Source of the DNA: Felis catus
Taxonomy: Eukaryota
Length of the DNA: 64,000 nt
Direction of reading: 5' to 3'
Assembly: GCF_018350175.1 (NCBI RefSeq)
Contig: NC_058368.1
Location: 74,588,001 to 74,652,000, forward strand
This document shows, one piece after another, positions 25,306 through 38,841 of the stretch; the first letter of the stretch is position 1, and each line of letters begins with the position of its first letter. Position numbers and translations under genes: made by a program. The notes beneath the pieces are model-generated. The model saw only the letters and a list, made by a program, of their open reading frames with translations, was not told the DNA's origin and searched no databases.

Positions 25306-28159
25306 TTCCGTTTATTCTGTAATAGACTACTATACATTATTTTTCAAAGGATGAATTTCCTGTTTATAATTCTTATTTTCTCTGTTACCTATGTCATTAA
25401 TATATGCTTTATTCATACTTTTCTGATGTTGGAGCTGTTTTCAACCCTTTTCTTTTTATTCATTGCGTGGATGCTTAGTTTATTTTAACTCGTTTCAATT
25501 GGTTTTGTCTTAATTAGGCTAAGGTCTTTTATGGTGGCTTCCAGATTCCTGTTAAATTTTATGCATTGAGTTTGCATTTTTTTTCATATCCATACCCTAT
25601 CTTGTATAAAGATTTATATACATACATATATGGATTTATATCTTGTATAAATAGATAAATATAGATTACATCTATGTGTATATGGAGAGATTGATAAATA
25701 TGGATATAAATACAGATACGGGTATAGATGTAGATATAAGAGAGGTAGATCAGATCTCTGAGAGATAATAAATCGTTACTTCCACAAAAGGGTTTGCAAG
25801 GTGGGAAAAAAAAATGGTAGACTGAATGTGTTTTGAAATCCTTCCTTGAACAGAACCAACAACTCTGCTCTTTTGCTCCCTCCTTTTATTTGTTCTTGGG
25901 CCAGGTGGCTGGCGGGTCACATTGTTACAGTAAGAAGGGTATAGGTTGTGGAGTAAAGAGTCAACAGGCTGTTTTCCTCTGGCTCCTTGGCTGTCATGGG
26001 AGCAGCCGTCTGTCACGCTAGAGACCTGGCACTCCATGGTCCCCGAACCCTGGGAAAGGACAGCCTGACTTTAAGGGGCAGGCACGTGAGGCCCTGGATG
26101 CAGCCAAGCGTGAAATCAGCTCTGGTGGATAACCTTGAACAGGGACAAAAGAATTATCTCCTTCCAAACCGGGCTGGGAATTGGTGCAAGTGAATCCTTC
26201 CAAGTTCCAAGGAGGGGGGTGTGGGTGCTTCAAAGTTGCAGGTAGAAACAAAAAGCAAGCAACCAGCCAACCAAACAAAACCCCCAGGCATCAAATATTT
26301 CCAGTTGTGGACAAATGTTCTGGTTGTAAATAACATTTTTGAGAGACTGGAGCGCCTTTCCAAGACTTTAAGGGGGGAACTGAGACTCCTGTCCCGCAGA
26401 ACAAGGCAGAGGAAACTGGTGATCCCAGGAGCTACCCGGTCTCTCCCACGCAGGGTCAGCCCTGGGCTCTGCCCTTTCTCCACTGGTTTCTCAACACTGC
26501 CCTGTGCGCCAGCACGGCTTTCTCGTTGAGCCTGGGCTTCATGCAAGTGTAAGGTTACATTCAGCCCAGTAGAAAATCCCATCTAGTGAAGGGAAAGCTG
26601 AAATCTGATATGAGGGTGATGTTTTGCTGGTCCAGCTATTATTATGTGCTCATAATATGTATTAAATTGTACGTATTTCCTTTCTCATTTAGCAGATAAA
26701 CTTTTTATCGGTGCTTTCCTCTAGTGAGTAGAGGCTTTGCTGCAATTCTGAAATTATTTTAAGGTAATTGAAAAATCTTCAGAGAAACGGTTTGAGGCCA
26801 TTAGTTTGGCCTTACTACCATATGGGTTTGATGAAAAAGGGATTTATTTTCTCTTTACATTTGAAGTTAGAAGGCATTCTTGAAAGGTTTAAATCTCATT
26901 TCCACAAATGACCGATTCATATAAACCGACAGTCTATAAAAAAGCAAGTGTGCAATTCACTTAAATGTTTGTATTTGGTTTTATAAAAAAGCATTCCGTG
27001 ATTTGTGAGAATGCATAAATATGTGTTATTAGTGATTTCCCTTGATTAGAATTTAGATCTTTAGGCCTGGATTTCATCCAGTAACTTCTGTAAGTCATAC
27101 TAATAGATATTTTCCACCTAGACGCAGAAAGCCTTCTTTATTAAGTTTTTCGTATCACAATTCCCCACATTCACTCATAATTTATGAAGACCAAAGAATC
27201 TGGAGGTAACTTGTCACATCAGGGAATATTTACTAAATATCTATATTCTATTTTAGTCCAGGAATCTTTCGAAATTGGAAAATCTCAAACTTGTGTATGA
27301 AAAAAGTTAAAGCAAAATTAAATTATCTGTCAGGCAAAATTGCAAATCTGAAGTCACAAATTACTCATTTCCTTTTAATATATATTTTACACCACGATTA
27401 TTATTATCCGTATTTTAGAATGTTTGCCTACCATTGCTTTTGGTATTCATAAACAAAAGAAACATGTTACATAAAGAAACAGTGTGTATTTTTTACATTT
27501 GCTAAATGTGATTGAGACTCAGCGGCTGCTTTTTAGAAAGGCTGAAGGCCGACTGCAGAGGACATTGGGTCATGAGCCTGAAATACTGGACACGAGTACT
27601 AGATATTCCCCCATTGGTCGCGTCACCTTCCAAAGTCTTCAATAGAGATAAGACATGTTGGGGTCCATTTCTCTGCGCGTTTTGGGGCAATGAGAATGAT
27701 ATGTTTAAAACTCTTGAAAAATAAATGACTATAATAAATGGCAGTGGTCCTTCTATTATCTTTATGGACACACTGATGTTTAGACAACCGAGGGGTGTAA
27801 TGATCGTGCAACATGTAAGTAAGTATGTCAAGTTGGAGCAGGGTTGCCTTTGTTCGGTACATTTTTTCTTGCAAACATGGATGTTCTGGTGCTGAGCATG
27901 AGTCAAAGATTCAAACAGACAGCTTCTTCCACTCTTTTTCTGAAGATTCTATAGACTAGCCTCAGAGAGAGGACATATTTACAGAGGATAAAAAATGAGT
28001 GTACATAAGCAAGGCTACACAAGCTATCGAAAAATAATTTAAATTCATGCATACACGCAGAAGAAATGCAAAGCTGGGAGACAGTTGCTATGATCAGAGA
28101 TAAACGTAGAGTCTGGAAGAGCCCCATGGATCACTGCTACCCCCAATCACGCGGGTCTG

Positions 28160-28215
28160 ATTTAGTTTAGTTTAGTTTACTTTAGTTTACTTTAGTTTTG
28201 TTTTGTTTTTGTTGC
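28160..28215. repeat. (TTTAG)n/(TTTTG)n low-complexity repeat
   Basis: Direct. Confidence 0.85.
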
Positions 28216-28229
28216 TTTATTTTTTCTTC

Positions 28230-28438
28230 ATTTTATCATTATTATTATTTTTTTTGAGAGAGACAGAGAGAACAGGAAAGAGGCAGAAAGAGGGGGAGAA
28301 AGACAGAAGGTCAAGCAGGTTGGGCACTATCAGCACAGAGCCCAACATGGGGCTCAAACCCACAAACCTTGAGATGATGAGCCAAGCCGAAATCAGGAGT
28401 CAAGAGATGCTCCATCAACTCAGCCAGGCAGGCACCCC
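28230..28438 (-). mobile_element. CanSINE, older subfamily
   Basis: cagcacagagcccaacatggggctcaaacccacaaaccttgagatgatgagccaagccgaaatcaggagtc. Confidence 0.9.
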
Positions 28439-28559
28439 CCACCTGGATATATTTTTTGACAAAATTTTTATTGTAGACTTTTGGAGGCTCAAATAATATT
28501 TCTGAATGGATTTCCTGTTGAGAATATTAACAAAGAATTAAGGCGTCTTGGTTTTCTTT

Positions 28560-28686
28560 TTGTTTTTCCTCCTATGATCGTTTGTTTATTTCCTAAATTC
28601 CACATGGGAGTGAAATCGTGTGGTATTTGTCCTTCTCTGACTGACTTATTTCACCTAGCATAATACCCTCTAGCTCCATCCTCGTC
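28560..28686 (-). mobile_element. Carnivore L1 fragment (ORF2 end / 3' UTR)
   Basis: aaattccacatgggagtgaaatcgtgtggtatttgtccttctctgactgacttatttcacctagcataataccctctagctccatcc. Confidence 0.85.
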
Positions 28687-28689
28687 TAC

Positions 28690-29220
28690 ATGTAAAATGT
28701 AAAACCATAAAACCTCTAGAAAAAATACAGAAGCAAATTAAGTCATGATGATTGGTTATGTTAAAGGGAGAGACGAGCCATGTGAAAGAGCTCCCAATGG
28801 CCAAAATCAGAATGATTTGAACAAAATACCAATAAGATGGTATTGAGTTTTAGTCAAAATTAAACTTTAATAAGTAAATTTACTAAGTAAATAAATAATA
28901 AATAGATAAACAGCACGTCATGTTGATAAGATTTGATGAGAATGACACTTTACTTCTGGGGGGCCTCGCTAACCCAAACTCTTAATTCCAGTCTAGTCAG
29001 GAGACAAATCCCGACTGAGGAACATTCTACCAAACACCTGGGCAACACTCAACATTGTCAAACTTGGGAAAAACAAACAAGCGAAAAAATGTCTGAGAAG
29101 CTGTCACAGCCCTGTGGCACCCAAGTGTAACAGGACATTATAAATGAGACCCCGAACCAAAGAAAGACATTAAATGAAAAATAAGGAAATCTGAACAAAG
29201 TACGTTAGTTAATAATAATT
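28690..29220 (+). mobile_element. Old L1 3' UTR (L1MC/L1MD-like)
   Basis: aaagagctcccaatggccaaa...tttgaacaaaata; gacaaatcccgactgaggaacattctaccaaacacctg; gacattaaatgaaaaataaggaaatctgaacaaagta. Confidence 0.7.
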
Positions 29221-29999
29221 TTAAAAAAGATACTAATATCACGCTATATGTTCTGTAGCTGAAATTTAAATAACTTTTGAAAAAGGAGGTGGGGTTTGTG
29301 AGACTTAATGCAGTTGTCCATGAAAGGCCAACTCACTGCATCCCCCTGACTTTGGGTGCTGAACACACCCAGAGGAAGGAAACTATCCCTCTAGCCCTGA
29401 ATTTATGTCTCTACTTCGATTTTTTTAGATTTTGTTGTTTAATTCAGTTCACATAAGGCTTGACATTCTCATTAATACAAGTGGTATATATGCTCTTTGT
29501 GCTGTTGATTTTCTAATAGAATTCACTCAGAAACTCCCACAATCCCTTGATGTGTGATGTCACCCAGTGTCCAGGCTCCTCATTTGCCTTGCAAATGGAC
29601 TTTTGCTTCTCATACAGTACATTCTAGATAGTAACTGAAATGAATTCGCTTCTACTCAACAACCATGACTTTGGACATTTGTCCTGGGTATATTCTCTTG
29701 CCCCTCAGTTAGCAACCCCCCCCCCCCCCACACACACACACCCACTGAGAGTCTGAGCTTCTGTGCCCGTGCTGTTCTCACTGGATCAGAGCATTTGTGT
29801 CCTCTGCTGATCACCTTATAGAGAAGACCTGGAAAGGGGCTCCTTTCTATAATGCTTTTCCCTCTGACTTCAGCACTTCCCCATGTGTCCCGTTTCTTCT
29901 CAATCTCCCACCTCTGTCTCAAACAGACGCCCTATTCTGAATGTTTCTTACAGAATTACTAACCCCACCAAGGCTAAAATGACCAGATGTTTCTGGATC

Positions 30000-30362
30000 T
30001 GTCTTAGTTCATTCAGGCTGCTACAACTGAAAAACCAGACCATAGACTGGATGACTTTTAAACAATAGAAATTTATTTTTCACGGTTCCAGAGGCTACAT
30101 CCAAGATAGAGGCACTGGTAGATCAGCATCTGGTGAGGACCTACCTCCTAGTTCATAGATGGATGGCTTCTCTGTGTGTTCTCACAAGGTGAAAGCGGTG
30201 AGGGAGGTCTATGGGGTCTTTTTTTATAAGACCGCTAATCCCGTTCATGAGGGTTCCACCTTTATGACCTCCCAAAGGCCCCACCTCTAAATACCATCAC
30301 TTCCGAGGTTTGAATTTTAACATACGAACTTTGAGAGGAGCGCGAGCCTTCAATCTGAAGCA
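30000..30362 (-). mobile_element. MaLR solo LTR (MLT1A-like)
   Basis: tgtcttagttcattcaggctgcta...aaatttatttttcacggttccagaggct...catgagggttccacctttatgacctcccaaaggccccacctctaaataccatcac. Confidence 0.88.
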
Positions 30363-31499
30363 ACCTGATATTTTGTTGACAGTATGAAAACTCAGATTAG
30401 CTTTCTCATTTAGTGAAAATAAAACCATGGCTCAAGGAGAATGGCTTGCTCCTTGTCTGATTCTCACTTTGCTACCATCATTAATACGACGCATCATTTT
30501 TTCAAAGATGGAGGATCCCTTCAAAGGAGAGGCAGAAATGAAAAGCCAGAGACACCCAGGACAGAAGCTACCAGTGGTGATGATAGGGAAGCTGAGCTGT
30601 TGAGACATAGGGCACGTGAGAGAAGAATGGTGGTGATTAGGAAACCAACCGAATTTTGTTCTAAGGAGGGTCTGATGAACATCTGTGACCTCTCAGCAAC
30701 CTTCCAGGAAGACCAATCCTGACCTTCAACATCAGCATAACCCTGTCTTCACGGAGTTACTGACCCAATCCACAATGGCTATACTGCCAACCCCTCTGTT
30801 CAAAAATCATCCTCCCCTCAGAGTTCTAGGAGAGCAGGAGGTGAGACAGAAAGCTGACTCTCTTTCCTTGCTGGAGCTGGATGGTTCTTGCCTCCCCACT
30901 TGGAACGCTGAAGAGATTTGCCCATAGAAACAATATTGACACAAGGGAGAGAGGGCTGACACCTCTACGGATTTGGAACTATAATTATGTTCATTATGCA
31001 TTAGGATGGCTTTTATGGGTTTGCCTCAGACGCCAACCACATTTCAACACTCTTTCCATAGGAAAAGGTCAACTTTAGGGCAATGGGTTGTGAAACCAGC
31101 TATTGGAACACAGCATATGCATCTGGAACATAAGTGACTCTCTTCATTCTATGGGAACACAGGGTAGGCACGTGCCCCAACAGCATTTCTTCCCTGAGCT
31201 TTGAAAGCCAGAATTTTCAAGCAAACCAGCGAGGTTATGATGTTGTCCTTCAGGGTGAAAAAAAAAAGGCCCATCCTTTTATGTCTCTATAGATAACAAC
31301 TTGAACTAAGCATTGTTTCTGTTTCACTTACAAAACCTTAAGTGGTGGGTTTGCTTTTCCAGCCTTCATTACTTGAGTCTAGCTAAGTGGTTAAGGGCAT
31401 GCAAAGTTCACTCCCAGCGCACCATTTTTTAAGCATTTACTTCCTTGTCAGTGTTATAATGTAAACAAGTATGTGTGGGTGGTAAGGGAGGCCCTGGGA

Positions 31500-33720
31500 G
31501 CACTAACCATTCACTTGATTAAATAAAATGCCACAAAATAATATAAATGGAGATGCGAAGGGGCTATCAACGAGTCCCAAGGTTCTAGGTTTCAAAATTA
31601 AAGGCTCTTTGATAAAAGATGTCAGCAACTCATATGGCCAAATTTGTCACACGCTTAAACATTTCATTTCCCACGGGGAGAGTGAATGCAACGTGATGCT
31701 TTGTCTTAGAATACGTTTTAATCTGGTGTGTTGTCCTCAGTTGAGGGAATCAAAGGGCAAGGCCAGGGAGACAGGAAACACACAGATCCCCATGTCCAGA
31801 TTCCTCTTACATGAATATTTTGTAAGCCAGCATATGAGGTGCGTTTACTCCGAGAAATGGGTTGTTTGTTGTAAGCCTTCGGCAAACAGGAACCGACAAA
31901 CCTGTCTACAAATAGCAATGCCTGAAGAGTGAAGCAATCCGTAAGTCTACTCACTAGGAATGCCGTGGTTCCCCCGCTGTGTCCTCCCCTCTGCTCTGGG
32001 AACATTGTGACCTCTTCTAGTAAGCAAAACTGTAGGAACAGACGATGATTCATAAAATCACTTCCCCAGGTGAAGGCGGAAGATGGACGAAACAGAACCT
32101 TTGATCTTAATGAAATCCTAATGGGAAAGCCACCCCAATTACGTGTTTCCGTTTGAGTATTCTTCCGCATTGATTCGTATTTTCTAAGGAAAGCAGCACA
32201 ATATGGCAAGTGTATTAGTCATGTTACTTCTCTGGCTGCAATAATTTATTAAACAGCATCGTAGTTTTCTGGACGATTTACTAAGCCTCTTCAATTACTT
32301 AACTCTTGTAGAACAATTTCATACCGGCAAGAGCAGAGAGGAAAAAGACCCACGAAGGAAGTCATGAACTTAGAATGTTTCAGAAGCACCTGGACAGAGA
32401 ATATGTCTTTATCTCTCAATTCGCCATGAAATACTGTTTTCTACGCACCCACCATTTTTTAAAAGCCTTTGCGAATGATTAGTCCACTTTATCTTTTTTA
32501 TCTTGCATATTGTGGCTAAGTGGCAGAGATTAATTAATTAATTAATTTTAAGGGAGTCAATGTTTTGGCATCCATTGCGTGCTTCTGTAATAAATGCCTT
32601 ACTCCAATTTGCTGGTCGATCAAGCACCTGTCAAAATCGCCTGAATCTTTTTCATACTGACTTCTGTATTTCTTCTTTGTATTCTGCCTTCTCCTCCCTA
32701 TGTTGTACGTTTGAACGTACTGCTTGAAGAGTGTACAAACTTGTATTTTCTCCCCTTGTATGTATTGTTTACAGAGCCCTTACCTCCGATGTCTTTTGAT
32801 TGATCAAGTGCGGTATTTTCTAATAAAATTTACATCGTATCTCTCTAAGATGCATTTGAACAAAGGGTTTAAAAAGCCAAATGATGAAATTGCAAGCCTC
32901 AGTGCAAATGTGAAAGAGATTTTGCTTTTGCTTAAGTCAAAGAGGCCACTGATGATTAAATATATCATTATTTTATTTACCACTCTGAAAGCAAAAAAAA
33001 AGTTTATAAATTATAATGGATACTTAGGAATAATTTCACACAGCATATATACTGGGCACACCAGCCTTTGGAAATTTTGAAATCTATTTAATCTATTCCA
33101 AAGGAGATGCCATTTTTTTCTTCTTGTCCATTTTGCACATCTCAGTTGCAAACTATAACATAATTTGATCTATTTGTGTGTTTTTTTTTCCATTCCTAGG
33201 TACAATAAAACACTTTGTTTTTGCTTTGCAAGAAAATAAATGGAATTGCAGTCATTTCTACAATGGCTAATATTTGCCAGCGGAATGAAAGAGGTCATCA
33301 ATTCCTAGATGCATCTTGCTTTTAGAGTTGATTAATTGGAGGGAAATGTGTAGATAAAAGGCAGTATTTGGGAAAGGATTTCATTCCTAAAGCCATTTAA
33401 TTTGTTTCCTCAAAAGAACAAATTGTCTAGCACCCCATCCACCTGCAGTTATCAATCCTGAAGCTTCAATGGCATTAGTAAGATGTTTATCAAGAGATAA
33501 ATAGGGGTAGGGGTGTGCTGCATGTCACGTGGCCTTTGTTTCTTATATTGATTTCCTGCATTGAAAATCCCAATCATTCATTATTAACATCCCTACTTCA
33601 CCTTAACTGTTAGTTATAAATTACATATACTTAAAAACAAATCTTTGCTGTCTGAAAGATTACAAACTGGCTGATAGAAAGTAATCATATGTGAAATGAA
33701 ATTAGAATCGTTTCAAAATA
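31500..33720. promoter_or_regulatory. Candidate enhancer / conserved non-coding block
   Basis: No recognisable repeat; (TAAT)4 at 32531, GTCACGTG next to CCTTTGTT at 33524-33540, retained CpGs near 32.0-32.3 kb. Inference only. Confidence 0.3.
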
Positions 33721-34679
33721 GTGTGTGAAAAGTTACATAATTCTTTACATTCTGATGTACGAATATTACAAAATGATATTTAGCGACACTTAATAGGTTT
33801 AAGTTTGTGATGCAATAGTCAAGACACTGTACATCTTTCCCTTGAACTTTTGCTAAAATTTTGAACATGTTCCTAGTGGATGAAAAGTGGCCCCATGCCT
33901 GATCTGAACAATTAAATGTTCATGAGTGGCTAGTTGAGAATAACATACTTTTTAACTTCAATTATTTATTGAAAACTATTAAACCTACGGGTATAACATT
34001 TATTTGTTATGAAGCACTACATTTCAGAAAACATCTGTATGCAGCAAGATACTACAGAAACAATTCCCTAGGTAGTCTTTTATATTTTGGTCACTAATAG
34101 GCAAGAACTCGGAAATGTTCTACTTTATCACTTCAAAATTTAAGGAAATATCATATCATCTTTATTATTTTTCTCATTCTTTTTATGATAAAATTTTCAT
34201 TACACAGGACATATTTAATATTTAATCTATTTATTTAAAGTTGAAATGGAAACTTTTTCAAACCTGGGCCTACACGACCTAACAATCTCCCTGGAGAGTC
34301 TATTTGAAGCACTAAAGGCTTTGGGGTTTGACAGAGGTACGTCCCAATCTCAGGACTGAGCTGCTCACATCATCTCTATTCTGTGAAATGGGGGGCAGTA
34401 GGGCATGAGTATTGGGAAGGCAGCCTGGGCTGACATATATAGATCATGGTGTATGGTCTATAAGAGATAATGAAATATGAACTCCCCAATCATGGTTACA
34501 TATCATAAAAGGAAAAAATTCTGCAATTATTTGTGAAAATATGAATAGCCATGACATTTATACAAATGAACATCTTTAATAGAAATATCTAAGTCCAGAC
34601 CGCTTGTAACCTGAAAAGACAGTGGAGACAAAGAGAATAGAAAAGAAAGAGAAGGGGAAGAAGGAGGAAGAGATTGACC

Positions 34680-34909
34680 AGAGGAGGGAGGGAGGGAGGA
34701 AGGAAGGAAGGAAGGAAGGAAGGAAGGAAGGAAGGAAGGAAAGAAAGGAGGAAGGAAGGAAGGAAGGAAGGAAGGAAGGAAGGAAGGAAAGGAGGAAGGA
34801 AGGAAGGAAGGAAGGAAGGAAGGAAGGAAGGAAGGAAGGAAGGAAAGGAAGGGAGGGAGGGGGGGAGGGAGGAAGGAAGGAAGGAAGGAAGGAAGGAAGG
34901 AAGGAAGGA
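34680..34909. repeat. (GGAA)n/(GGGA)n polypurine microsatellite
   Basis: Direct. Confidence 0.97.
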
Positions 34910-35449
34910 GCTACACTGTTTCCATCGATTATAGATTTTGATGAAGTATTAATAAGTGGTTAGGGTTTTATTTCATTTTTACTTATTGGTTTGTTCTACC
35001 ACGATTGTCAATCATCATGTCATTCGTGAAGGAGAAGCTACTGTTCTTTTGTAATTATTAAAATTCATGAAATATCTGTTATGTTTCATTTACTGACCTA
35101 CGCTTCGTTCATGATGTCTTAGGTATGAAACATACCCAGTGGATCGGGCCTAATTATATTTAGTGTACTGATGGGGGTGACAGAGGATGAGGTTGACTGA
35201 AATAACTGAAGTTACTTGAGAACACAAACTCACTGTTTAATGCAGACATGGATGCATATTATGAACCAAAACATTTCCTTTCAAAACTAAGCAAGGGACA
35301 GAAAGTTATCTCTTAGTAGCCAAGGACCTGATTAAATAAATCAAAAAGTAAAGCCATCCTAAATATCATAATACTCCTTCAAAGAAATATGTGGAGTAAG
35401 TGAATGTACTGACAGATAAAGAGAAACCATGTTAATGGAGAATCCGAAA

Positions 35450-35605
35450 CACCCAGGCTGCCCATTTGCTAGTCAGGTGATGTATTTGGCAAATCTCTTA
35501 ATATCTTGAAGTTAATTTTTTCCTTGCGTATAAATTGGAAGTAATGATACCAAATCATACATCTGTAAAGAGATAAAATGAGATAATGTACACAGTACAT
35601 AGTCG
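35450..35605 (+). mobile_element. MIR SINE
   Basis: ccatttgctagt...ttggcaaatctcttaatatctt...tataaattggaagtaatgatacc...aaatgagataatgta. Confidence 0.65.
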
Positions 35606-37039
35606 AATTGCTAGTATAATTATTTTTGCCTGTGACCTCTAAAGGATAACCATTCTGATTATATAATAATTTGAAAAGTGTTTATAATAGCACTATTAAG
35701 TCAAAAAGGAGATTATAGAACCATACTCAATTTTTCCAACTATGAAAAGCTCTGGGCAAGCAATAAGAGACTATAAAGAAATGAATAGTTCCTTAAGTAA
35801 CATATTGTTATTGAATACTTTAAGTGTTATAAATGGTACTCGTTCAATAAAACATACACAATTACAGTGTTTTAAAAGATATTATAAAATGGCTAGTCAC
35901 AAGGTAATATTTAATATGGTGTGAAAACTTACCAAAGGATAAATGACCCAAATATTGAAATATATGCATAATACGATATATTTTGATAAAAAGACAAGTT
36001 TAAGGTGAATTTGCTTTAACTTTGTAGGGCCAGCATATGGAAAGGTCTCCCAGGACTAAGAACGCAGAATTACCACAACAGGAAAACACCCTGCCAATAT
36101 TATTTAAGCATTAGTCAACAGAGAATGTGATACTTTATTCTGAGAGTGCGGATTAAATGAAACCTGAAAATGTAAGCACTTTTTTTGTGGGGAGGGGGGA
36201 GACAAGGGAAAGTCAAGGTGAAAATGATGCCTAATCTTATGTCCTAATAGGTAGATTAACCATTTGAGACAGGTAGAAATGAGAGAAGTTGTGAACACAT
36301 TCTGGTCCATCATGAGGTCAGCCTAGAGACTGAAGAAATCCAGGGGAAAAGAGTGGAGTCTACGAAGGACTAAATATCACCATCAAAGGAAAAGGGGGAA
36401 TCGAAAGGCCTGCTAGAAGAATGTTGACACCATTGACGTTACTTGAGTCAGATACAAATTTTAATTTGGGAAGAGTGAAGAGTTGTGAAGAGTTCACTAT
36501 TATCGTTATCCGGTTTCAACAGTAATCAAATAGAAGGTGGACATTTCTTGGTCAGTCTCTCATATACTCACATTTATATTTATGACACAAAGCACAATGC
36601 TGACCTCTCCCCTAAATGATACGCAGACGTATGCAGTATTTGTAGGGTATATATTGACAAAGGCAATACTTAGGCCCTGACTAAACCAGTATAAAGAGAG
36701 AAAACCCAGGGGATTTCCCATCACAAATTCTAGGCTGTTATATTAATTATATTAAAACCTTATTTGACCTTTTCTGTCTGCCAAGTATCTTAGATTTAGT
36801 TCTTATTTTATTTGTAAAAGCTAATTATTTATGTGTATACACAGGTGTATACTTATGTATAAATGCGTACGTATGCATATACACGTATACATACATATAC
36901 ATATGCAGCGGGACGCAGAGAGACAGATTTTCATTTTAGATTCTCGATGGTATTAACTCAAGTGTTCAGAGAATTTATTCGGTTAGGAGCTAAATAAATT
37001 TATACATCGTCCTTGTGTTATGGAGATACAATAAACATC

Positions 37040-37165
37040 AGACCATGTTATAATGACTATGTTTTTCAGGAGGTAAGTAGATTAACCAAGAGTGGAAGAA
37101 ACTTGCCAGAAATCACATAATCAGAAAAGCCTGGAGATCAGACGAGATCTTCTGGTTTTAAGATT
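37040..37165 (-). mobile_element. MIR-like fragment
   Basis: aagaaacttgccagaaatcacata...cctggagatcagacgagatcttctgg resembles MIR antisense. Confidence 0.45.
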
Positions 37166-38614
37166 TTGTCTCTTTCTTTATGCTTTATAACAGGTAAAAA
37201 TATGAATCCATCGGGATAAATCCTCCTTTAAAAATGAAAATACTAGACTCTTATTGCATTATTGAAGCATAATAACGATTTAAGATACTGCTTTGACTTT
37301 TGAAATCGAAAACCTTTCATTTTTTTGAAAACCTTTTAAATGTATTTGGCTTTATACTATGCCTACCAAATGAAAAAAAATACATTTATTTTTCTAAGTT
37401 CAATTTAAATTTCTTATTTTCTTGAAAATGTACTGTACCAGATGAGAATTTGAGCTTCTACTTTAAAGACAATATTTGTTTTATTTCATCTTGTCAAGAC
37501 TTAAAAGAACCGGGATTATTATCATGAGTTTCAAATACCTTTACAACGATCTTAAATTCTGTATCTTAGCTGTTACAGGATATTTATTTATATCTCTCTT
37601 CTCCAAGGCTATAAGACCTGGTAAAATTACTCGGTAAGATTACCACCTATTTGGAGAGGGAAAATATACATGTAACCCCAAATCAGAACCACTACAGAGT
37701 TTTGTACATCAACAATAGCAAAACTATCCACATACAATATGCCTAAATATTGAGAGCGTTTATTGCCATTTTATGGGTTTGCAGTTAGAAAACGTGTTCA
37801 ACTGAAAATACGTTCAGAATCTAAAGCCATACGGTGGTATTACCATTTGCCCTGAATAATTTTATCCTCCGCCTCTGAAACATTATCTGGGAAGGAATGA
37901 CAACTGAAGTGAAGATTGCTAGTTTTACTTAACCATACAGATTCTGCTTTGCGAAGTTTGAGGAAAATAACTCGAACGCCTTTTGTGTCTTTCGAAAGTT
38001 AGGTTGGTAGAAACAACCGGAACAAAGTACCTGAGCATTTCTCCATTATTTCTGTGCTACGGCGTGAGAGCACAAGCACCGAGCTCCCTCGTCTGCATCG
38101 ACTTCACAGGTGCCATGTTGAGTTGGGTTGCACCTGTCATACTGTGTCTTGTCGCATTGCATGGTGCCTTATGATGGATGCTGACACGAGGTAGGGGGGC
38201 TGCCCCCACGCCTATGAAAACAAATTCAGAAGGCAAGCAGATGGTGCGTTGTTTGCTGCGGTAACTATTGTGGTAAATAAAATACACCTAATTGTGGAAA
38301 CGGCTATCATGTTGCTAAACCTCATAGTCTGAACTGCATCTAAAAGGGGTAAATGTTATTGATCTCGGGGATGCTTTTTCTTCAGTCATGTGATAAAATG
38401 GACGTTAAGCTAATATCGCAGCAGTTACTAAGCCAGAAGGTGGAGTGGAACCACACTGCACGCAACCATGATTATGTAATTTGAAAAAATTTGGAGACGG
38501 TAAGGGTAACCATTTTTTTGCCGTGGGCACTTCGGATTCTTAAATTGTGGCAAAGAGTTGTCAATGCAGATGTCAACAAGCCTTTCAGAGATGAGAGCCA
38601 TTTCAATAGGATGT

Positions 38615-38841
38615 GGGGGGCGGCTGGGTGGCTCAGTCGGTTAAGTGTCCGACTTCGGCTCAGGTCATGATCTCACTGCCTGTGAGTTCGAGCCCCACGT
38701 GGGGCTCTGTGCTGACAGCTCAGAGCCTGGAGACTGCTTTTGATTCTGTGTCTCCCTCGCTCTCTGCTCTTCCCCCACTCACACCCTGTGTCTCTCAAAA
38801 AATGAATAAACATTAAAAAAAATTTTTTTTAAATAAAAAAA
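38615..38841 (+). mobile_element. CanSINE (felid)
   Basis: Full length; TSD aatagga(t/c)gt. Confidence 0.96.

Larger units (their letters stand above)
22680..25560 (-). mobile_element. Old L1 (L1ME-like) fragments interrupted by SINEs
   Basis: About 24100-24165 caccacatctaaatactatagttctttaaaatgtattttaattctggtatagcaaatcctccc resembles L1 ORF2 antisense; T-rich composition throughout. Confidence 0.5.

Noticed and set aside
26154..26582. Overlapping 142-aa and 102-aa ORFs in a GC-richer patch
   Set aside because: No recognisable domain; such lengths are expected by chance at higher GC.
31718..32209. Longest ORF in the track (163 aa, minus strand)
   Set aside because: Non-ATG start, no recognisable motif and no convincing splice sites; better explained as non-coding sequence.
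34622..34963. KEGR-repeat ORFs
   Set aside because: Translation of the (GGAA)n microsatellite.
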